From positions 1 to 14,306 of the forward strand of contig JAYENX010000027.1 in NCBI GenBank assembly GCA_034722435.1: DNA of 14,306 nucleotides, in the 5' to 3' direction. This stretch comes from Nanobdellota archaeon (GTDB lineage: Archaea; Nanobdellota; Nanobdellia; Woesearchaeales; JAHWHD01). Shown in pieces: positions 7,201 through 12,592 of the stretch. Within the stretch, counting starts at the first letter, position 1; every line of letters begins with the position of its first letter. The translations under genes were made by a program, and so were the position numbers. The notes below the pieces were generated by a model, which saw nothing but the letters and a program-made list of their open reading frames with translations, was not told the DNA's origin and did not search any database.

Positions 7201-8130
7201 TTAAGAAACTATTTTTTTAATTTTTCTCCAAACATATCCTGCAGAGTCGCCGCCAACAGAATTGTTAGTTCTTGCTTGTTTCATTGTGGTGCAGAGTGAG
7301 TGGTAGTTGTGGTTAAGGTATTGAAAAAATGTTGAGACTTTGTTTAGGAAAGGTCTTATTGGTTTGATCATGGTAGATGTTTCAATAGGTTCTGAAGTTT
7401 TGATCTCTGGATGTTCAGTAAGATGTTTTTTGAATACAGGTAGAAGCATTTGTTTTAATTCATTGCCTGTTTTTTCTAATATTGATTTGGGTTTTGAGAA
7501 GTAATCTCCTCTGAAAGCTTCAGCTAAGTAGCTGACCTTAACATAATTTTCTATAACTTTGTCAAAAGTGAATACTTCTGGTGTTAAGTCGAGTGCTTTT
7601 TCTATGAAGCTGCCCCTTATGTGTTGGAGGCAGGCAGTGATGAAATCTTCACTTTCTGGATCAATATGTTGCGGATAAATTACTTTGGATAATCGTCCTG
7701 CGAGATAAAGGTTTGTTTGATTAAAACTTCTCCAGTGTACTTCTGCTAAACTTATTACACCTATTTTATAAGGTATTTTAATCTTTTTGGGTTCGTCTAA
7801 GTTTGCTTCAACAGGTTCTGTTTCAAGGTTGTAATAACTTATCGTGGTGTTGAGCGATTTTTGTTTTTCTTTTGTTGTCTCATCCCATTGTGCTTGCTCT
7901 CCTAGTGCTTCAAAAAAATTATCAGGATATTCATATATTAAAATAAAGTCGGGTTTGATACATTTTCGTGCATTAGGATTAAAGTGTTCTTTTGTAAGTG
8001 TGTCTAGTTTTGTATCAAGACCTTCTTGGAAAAATGAGCCATAGCCTATGATTGCTGCAAGATTGTTTCCAAATCTGGTCTTGAAATCTTGAACAAGTTG
8101 ATTATTTACATCTAGTAGTGTTTCTAGCAT
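7201..8130 (-). CDS. Tam41/Mmp37-like nucleotidyltransferase (putative CDP-diacylglycerol/CDP-archaeol synthase), 309 aa
   Basis: Colinear matches to remembered Tam41 motifs: IGYGSFFQEG (FAYGS..Q), PDFIL (IDFI), YYN (YFN), YKIGVIS (IKYGVIS), LYLAGRLSK (LYLAGRLxKPV), ALDLTPEVFT (ALLLLPExFT), VSYLAEAFR (LSYxGDxR), K-x-x-SI (KVxNI), and C-terminal GYVWRKIKK (YAxxKxxK). Confidence 0.78.
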   Translation of the reverse strand: MLETLLDVNNQLVQDFKTRFGNNLAAIIGYGSFFQEGLDTKLDTLTKEHFNPNARKCIKPDFILIYEYPDNFFEALGEQAQWDETTKEKQKSLNTTISYYNLETEPVEANLDEPKKIKIPYKIGVISLAEVHWRSFNQTNLYLAGRLSKVIYPQHIDPESEDFITACLQHIRGSFIEKALDLTPEVFTFDKVIENYVKVSYLAEAFRGDYFSKPKSILEKTGNELKQMLLPVFKKHLTEHPEIKTSEPIETSTMIKPIRPFLNKVSTFFQYLNHNYHSLCTTMKQARTNNSVGGDSAGYVWRKIKKIVS

Positions 8131-8152
8131 ATTTAAAGGGAATAAGCTGGAG

Positions 8153-8170
8153 TTTAATAATTTTTAAATA
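8153..8170. promoter_or_regulatory. Back-to-back TATA boxes of a compact divergent promoter
   Basis: Minus-strand TTATTAAA (8160-8153) is 22 nt before ATG 8130. Plus-strand TTTAAATA (8163-8170) is 23 nt before ATG 8194. Confidence 0.6.
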
Positions 8171-8193
8171 CTACAATGTATATCATGGATAAT

Positions 8194-8757
8194 ATGATAA
8201 AATTTGTGAGAAAGTTGTGGAGATTGCTTGGATTGGTATTTCCTGTGCTTTACTTTTTTTTAAGTAAAGCTTGGATGATTGGGATTTTAAGTTTTCTTGT
8301 AGCTTTATTTGTAATATTTGAGATTTATAGATATAAAAAAATTGAATTTAATAAGAAGTTTTTTAAGAAATATAAATTTATACTGAAACTTTCTGAGAAA
8401 AATCGAATGTTGAGTGCCACATGGTTTATGATGGCTTCTTTGATAGTTGTTGTGTTTTTTGAAAGGAACATTGCAATATTGGCAATATTTTTTTCTAACT
8501 TAGGTAATATCGCAGCAGTTTTTGCTGGTCGGTTGTATGGCAAGTTTAGTTTTGGACATAAAAATATAGAGGGTAGTATGGCGATGCTCGTAGTATGTGT
8601 AGTTATTGGGTTAGTTGCTTTTTTTAATGGATTTATTGATCTTGGTGTGGTTCTAGTAGGGGCATTTGCAGCTACAGTTGCTGAACTTTTTACTAATGGA
8701 CCGTATGATAATCTCGCAGTCGCCGTAATTGCTGGTTTAATTATGAGTTTGGTTTAA
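8194..8757 (+). CDS. Dolichol/phytol/diacylglycerol kinase-like membrane protein (COG0170, SEC59/Dgk1/VTE5 family), 187 aa
   Basis: RK motif at the N-terminus (VRKLW), multiple TM helices, G[N]xAAxxAGRLYGK, K-N-I-EGS, and E...DNL near the C-terminus. ATG 8194 is chosen on TATA spacing; 8176 and 8185 are alternatives. Confidence 0.85.
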   Translation: MIKFVRKLWRLLGLVFPVLYFFLSKAWMIGILSFLVALFVIFEIYRYKKIEFNKKFFKKYKFILKLSEKNRMLSATWFMMASLIVVVFFERNIAILAIFFSNLGNIAAVFAGRLYGKFSFGHKNIEGSMAMLVVCVVIGLVAFFNGFIDLGVVLVGAFAATVAELFTNGPYDNLAVAVIAGLIMSLV

Positions 8758-8758
8758 G

Positions 8759-9289
8759 ATGAAATTACTTTTACATGTTTGTTGTGGTCCGTGTGCTACT
8801 TCTTCTATTAAACGAGTTATTAAGGATTATGATGTTATTTGTTATTTTTATAATCCTTGTATTGAACCTGAAGAGGAGTATTTTAAACGGTTGAAGGAGT
8901 TTGTTAAGGTTTGTGAATTTCTAAAGGTAGATTATGTTATCGGTGATTATGATAATGATGAGTTTCGTAGTTTAGTAAAAGGTCGTGAAGGTGATGTTGA
9001 AGGTGGTGAACGGTGTCTTATTTGTTATGAGCAGAGATTAGGGAAGGTTGTAAAATATGCTAAAGAGAATGGGTTTGATTTGTTTACTACAACTCTTACA
9101 ATAAGTCCTCATAAAAGGTCTGTTGATATTTTTGAAATTGGAAAAAAAGTGAGTGAAAAATTTGAAGTTGAATTTTTAGAGATTGATTTTAAGAAAAAGG
9201 ATGGTTTTAATGAATCTGTTGAGATGAGTGAAGAAATGAATTTGTACAGGCAGAATTATTGCGGGTGCGAGTTTTCTAAAAATATTTAA
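8759..9289 (+). CDS. queH: Epoxyqueuosine reductase QueH (DUF208)
   Basis: LLLHVCCGPC, YFYNPxI-x-P-x-EEY-x-x-R, RCLICY-x-x-RL, FTTTLTISPHK, FKKKDGF and LYRQNYCGC-x-FS. It starts 1 nt after the kinase stop, so the two are probably cotranscribed. Confidence 0.95.
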   Translation: MKLLLHVCCGPCATSSIKRVIKDYDVICYFYNPCIEPEEEYFKRLKEFVKVCEFLKVDYVIGDYDNDEFRSLVKGREGDVEGGERCLICYEQRLGKVVKYAKENGFDLFTTTLTISPHKRSVDIFEIGKKVSEKFEVEFLEIDFKKKDGFNESVEMSEEMNLYRQNYCGCEFSKNI

Positions 9290-9340
9290 TTCAATAATAA
9301 AAACAATTTTAATTATGGAATCTCCTGATAAGTATTTTAT

Positions 9341-9360
9341 AAAAAAGAGAAGTAAAGAAT
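9341..9360 (-). terminator. Pyrimidine/oligo-U terminator-like tract
   Basis: Minus strand reads ATTCTTTACTTCTCTTTTTT, starting about 17 nt downstream of the stop at 9378. Confidence 0.3.
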
Positions 9361-9377
9361 TGTTAACAAGTTCTTGA

Positions 9378-10169
9378 TTATTTAAGTTTGTTCATATCTT
9401 TTCTGCCTGATATTCGTACAGCTGCTTCTGCATTTTCAGGGGAATACCTTATGCTTGCCATTGCTTTGTATTCAGCTGTTACTTGATCAAGGCCTGGTAT
9501 TTTTGGATTATCTTTTATGTGAAAGACTACATATTTTATTGGGTTTGAATGTATAGGTGAAATTAACTCATTAATTTGTGACTGATCTTTTGCTGAGAAA
9601 TCTTTTCTCGATTTTGGTGTTAATCTATATTCTACTGAGCCATTGTTCTTTACGTTTTGACTTATCTCATAAATTGTTGTTTGAGCTGAATTTAAATTTC
9701 GAAATGTAGTTTCAGCTATCCTGGTTTTTGGAGAATCTTTTCTGTGTTTCACTTCTATGATAACTGGTGCGTCTAAAATATCTTCTCCTTCTACTGGGAT
9801 TGATAAGTAGCCTGCTTCAATGAGATTCAATCTATCGAATAAAGAAGGGCCTTGTAATTTTATTTTTTTATCAAATGCATGTATTAATTTAGGTGTTGGT
9901 TGACTTAGGAATTTTTTGAATTTTTGTTTGTAATTTACATCCTTACGTTCATGTGCTGTATGTTTAGTCGTAAGTCGTGTTCCTGTAGAATGGTCTTCAC
10001 TACTTAGATATGACTGTTCTCCTAAAGAATGTGTTCCCATTCTGGCTGCATGTGCTGTGCTAGGGAAAAGTGCAGTTGCTAAGCCGGCAATGGTTAGTGC
10101 GCCTGCTAGAAGTGTTTTTCTAAAAGAAGGTGTTCGTTCAGTTTTTTCTATATTATCTTCTAAGCTCAT
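9378..10169 (-). CDS. Hypothetical secreted protein (263 aa)
   Basis: Long open frame with A/C-ending codon bias like the other minus-strand genes. TATA box 25 nt upstream. Signal peptide RK-TLLAGALTIAGLATALF-PSTAHA|A. No family recognised. Confidence 0.8.
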   Translation of the reverse strand: MSLEDNIEKTERTPSFRKTLLAGALTIAGLATALFPSTAHAARMGTHSLGEQSYLSSEDHSTGTRLTTKHTAHERKDVNYKQKFKKFLSQPTPKLIHAFDKKIKLQGPSLFDRLNLIEAGYLSIPVEGEDILDAPVIIEVKHRKDSPKTRIAETTFRNLNSAQTTIYEISQNVKNNGSVEYRLTPKSRKDFSAKDQSQINELISPIHSNPIKYVVFHIKDNPKIPGLDQVTAEYKAMASIRYSPENAEAAVRISGRKDMNKLK

Positions 10170-10194
10170 TCTAATGTTAGTATGATGTGGGAGC

Positions 10195-10202
10195 TATATA
10201 AA
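10195..10202 (-). promoter_or_regulatory. TATA box (TTTATATA)
   Basis: Lies 25 nt upstream of ATG 10169. Confidence 0.55.
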
Positions 10203-10315
10203 GATTTAGGGGTTCATGTTATTGATAAATTGTATATTTTTATATGCGAGTTGCATGAAAATGAGATTGGTCATATTTGTTTACATGTGGAGTTTTGTTT
10301 TTCTAAAAGATAGGT

Positions 10316-10323
10316 TTTTATAG
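10316..10323 (+). promoter_or_regulatory. TATA box (TTTTATAG)
   Basis: Lies 21 nt upstream of ATG 10345. Confidence 0.45.
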
Positions 10324-10344
10324 TTCTTAAATTTGTTTTTGTTT

Positions 10345-10845
10345 ATGACAGTTATAATAACTGACGAGTTTACATTGCGACCTTTGGCTGTGGTAGATTT
10401 GGAAGGGTTTTTTGAGACCATGCAGGATTCAGATACTAAAAAGGCTCTTAATGATGTTCCTGCTGATATTGAAGAAGCTGAAAATGAGATTCAGAAGATG
10501 TTGAAAAAGGTGTCTGATGGTTTTTCCGAGATATTTACTATCGAGGTTGGTGGTAAGTATGCGGGTAATGTGACTTTAGAGTATCAAGGATATAAACCTT
10601 GTGATGAAGGTAGATTGCACATTTTTATTCATCCTGATTTTCGTGGGAAGGGGTTAGCGACTAAAACTCTTAAGAAAGTTATTGAATATGGTTTTAATGA
10701 GAGGAAGTTTGTAAGAATATTTGCACAATGTAAGGCTTCAAATATAGCGATAATGAAATTGAATCAGAAACTTGGTTTGAAGGTTGTTAAAGAGCATATT
10801 AATGAGAATGGTGTTAAGAAAGTTCTTTGGGTAATTGATGCTTAG
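10345..10845 (+). CDS. GNAT family N-acetyltransferase, RimJ/RimL-like (166 aa)
   Basis: FTLRPL-x-x-x-D start, AGNVTL, acetyl-CoA motif A IFIHPDFRGKGLAT, and N-x-A-x-x-KL-x-x-KLGL. ATG 10345 is preferred to the upstream TTG 10333. Confidence 0.92.
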   Translation: MTVIITDEFTLRPLAVVDLEGFFETMQDSDTKKALNDVPADIEEAENEIQKMLKKVSDGFSEIFTIEVGGKYAGNVTLEYQGYKPCDEGRLHIFIHPDFRGKGLATKTLKKVIEYGFNERKFVRIFAQCKASNIAIMKLNQKLGLKVVKEHINENGVKKVLWVIDA

Positions 10846-11827
10846 ATAGTAACATAGCGTCTCCCAGACTGTAAAATCTATATTTGTTTTTTATTGCTTC
10901 TTTGTATGCTTGTTTTATTGTTTCTGTTCCTGCGAACGCTGAAACTAAAATAAGAAGTGATGATTTAGGTAGGTGGAAATTGGTGATTAGTGTTTGAGCT
11001 TTGGATTGGAATTTGTATCCTGGATATATGTATATGTCAGTGGTTGCTTTTTTTGGATAAGTTCTTTTATTTTTTGATGATGCTTCTAATGCTCTTAGGG
11101 CTGTAGTTCCTACAACAATGACTTTACCTTTACAATTGTTTATTATTTCTGCTGATTGTTTTGATATTTCAAAATGTTCGTTGTGCATTTTGTGGTCTTC
11201 TATGTTTTGTTCTGTGATTTCGAGGAAGGTTCCATAGTCAATGTGTAAAATGATTTTTGCAATTATTATTCCTTTATCTTTTATTTTTTTAAGAAGTTCT
11301 TCAGTAAAGTGTAGGGATGCTGTAGGTGCTGCTACACTTCCTTCAGTTTTTGCAAAGATTGGTTGGTATTCATTTTCTTCAAGGTATTCTCTTTGAATGT
11401 ATGGAGGGAATGGGAATTGTCCTTTCTTTTCTAGAATTGGTTCAATGTCTTGTTTGAACATTACTGTGAAAATGTCTTTGTCTAAATCAGTTATTGTTGC
11501 TTCCTGGTTTTCGATTATTATTTTTTGGCCTATTCTCGGGTTTCGTGTTTTGATTCTTGCTTCGTAAGTTAGTGGTTTGATTTTGTTTAGAAGGACTATC
11601 TCTAATGGTGCCCCTGATTCTTTTTTTCCTTTTAATTTGCAACGTTTTACTTTTGTTTCGTTTATTACAAGAACGTCGTCTTTGTTTAGATAGTTTAGAA
11701 TGTCGTAAAAGTGTTTATGTTCTATTTTTTCTTTTACAATCATAAGTTTAGAAGAGTCTTTAGGAAATACAGGTTTATGGGCTATAAGTTCTTTTGGTAG
11801 AATGTAATTGAATTCTTCGAGTTTCAT
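10814..11827 (-). CDS. queA: S-adenosylmethionine:tRNA ribosyltransferase-isomerase QueA (337 aa)
   Basis: F-N-Y-x-LP-x-ELIA-x-x-P, LVINETKV, PPYI-x-R, GSVAAPTAxLHFT, H-x-MH-x-E, VGTT-x-x-RALE, IYPGY-x-F, LITNFHLPKSSLL-x-LVSAF and YRFYSLGDAM. Start moved to ATG 11827 (MKLEEFNY) on family N-terminus and TATA spacing. Confidence 0.96.
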   Translation of the reverse strand: MKLEEFNYILPKELIAHKPVFPKDSSKLMIVKEKIEHKHFYDILNYLNKDDVLVINETKVKRCKLKGKKESGAPLEIVLLNKIKPLTYEARIKTRNPRIGQKIIIENQEATITDLDKDIFTVMFKQDIEPILEKKGQFPFPPYIQREYLEENEYQPIFAKTEGSVAAPTASLHFTEELLKKIKDKGIIIAKIILHIDYGTFLEITEQNIEDHKMHNEHFEISKQSAEIINNCKGKVIVVGTTALRALEASSKNKRTYPKKATTDIYIYPGYKFQSKAQTLITNFHLPKSSLLILVSAFAGTETIKQAYKEAIKNKYRFYSLGDAMLLSKHQLPKELS

Positions 11828-11849
11828 ACTTTTTGATTGGTTGTGGTTG

Positions 11850-11891
11850 TTTTTAAAGTTTAGGTTGTTGTTTCCCAAAAGCATTTAAATG
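11850..11891. promoter_or_regulatory. Divergent promoter: TTTAAAAA (minus, 11857-11850) and TTTAAATG (plus, 11884-11891)
   Basis: The boxes lie 22 nt before ATG 11827 (queA) and 20 nt before ATG 11912. Confidence 0.5.
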
Positions 11892-11911
11892 AAACTTTAA
11901 TAATTGAGTTG

Positions 11912-12223
11912 ATGAGAAAAACGTATGGATCATATAGAACTGATAATTGTCCTTTTTGTGGAGCGCGTGCAGTGACTAAGAATTCTCAAGGTGTTCCTGT
12001 ATGTGTGGATCATAAAAATAAGAATCTTAACGATTTGAAATGTGCATGTGGTTCTTGGTTGGATGTGAAAACTGGTAAGTTTGGTGTTTATTTTAATTGT
12101 ATTAATTGTGGTAATATTAACTTTAGGAAAGCGATGGAAATGAATGAGAAGGTTAAAGTTCAATCGAAAAAAGAAAGGAAGGAGATTGTAGTTAATTCTG
12201 ATAGAGTTGATTTTCTTTATTGA
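11912..12223 (+). CDS. Small zinc-binding protein with two metal sites (103 aa)
   Basis: CPFC...C-x-x-H, followed by CACG...GKFG-x-YFNCINC, which resembles the topoisomerase-I-type C4 zinc ribbon. Confidence 0.85.
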   Translation: MRKTYGSYRTDNCPFCGARAVTKNSQGVPVCVDHKNKNLNDLKCACGSWLDVKTGKFGVYFNCINCGNINFRKAMEMNEKVKVQSKKERKEIVVNSDRVDFLY

Positions 12224-12489
12224 TTTTTATATGGTACTTTTTGTGTTTGGTAAATTTGTTCTCTTGTGTCCATTTCTTTTTGGATAGTAGGGTAATGTGG
12301 TGCGAAATCCACTAGGAGAGGTTTTATCTGTCTATTATATGTTATTTGGGCTTCTTCTGCTAGTAAATGGAAATGTTCAGGGTCTGTTTTTTTAAAACCT
12401 CTGTATCTTTCGTTTAACATAGAAAGAATTGTTAATGCTTCTAAAGTTTGGTCATTTATTTCTGGTTTTTGTGTTTCGGTCTCAGTCAT
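12217..12489 (-). CDS. Hypothetical protein (90 aa)
   Basis: ATG start with a TATA-like TTAAAAAT 22 nt upstream (12519-12512). Minus-strand codon bias matches its neighbours. No family recognised. Confidence 0.7.
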   Translation of the reverse strand: MTETETQKPEINDQTLEALTILSMLNERYRGFKKTDPEHFHLLAEEAQITYNRQIKPLLVDFAPHYPTIQKEMDTREQIYQTQKVPYKNQ

Positions 12490-12558
12490 GTTGTTAGGGT
12501 TAGATTGATTTATTTTTAAGGATTTGTATGTTGTTGTGTATGTTTTCTAATCACAACA

Positions 12559-12566
12559 TTTATAAA
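12559..12566 (+). promoter_or_regulatory. TATA box (TTTATAAA) of the subtilase gene
   Basis: Lies 26 nt upstream of ATG 12593. Confidence 0.55.
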
Positions 12567-12592
12567 CTATTTTTGTTTCTTTTTTATATAAA

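Noticed and set aside
8194-8757. Calling this gene CdsA/CarS (phosphatidate cytidylyltransferase), a common automated label
   Set aside because: It lacks the CdsA SPxKTxEG / GDLxESxxKR...KD pattern. The RK...GxxAxxxG...KxxEGS...DNL layout is the COG0170 kinase type.
10119-10130. Possible Tat twin-arginine signal (SFRK) in the secreted orphan
   Set aside because: It has only a single Arg and no S/T-R-R-x-F-L consensus.
10182-10313. 43-codon His/Cys-rich ORF (MMWELYKDLGVHVIDK...FSKR) in the divergent spacer
   Set aside because: It overlaps the TATA box of the minus-strand gene, has no promoter or RBS of its own, and shows no recognisable metal-binding spacing. It cannot be fully excluded without ribosome profiling.
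1330-11884. Longer ORF-track starts at 2502, 2582, 4671, 10333 and 11884
   Set aside because: The extensions cross TATA boxes or the upstream gene and add non-homologous residues. Downstream ATGs fit the family N-termini and promoter spacing better.
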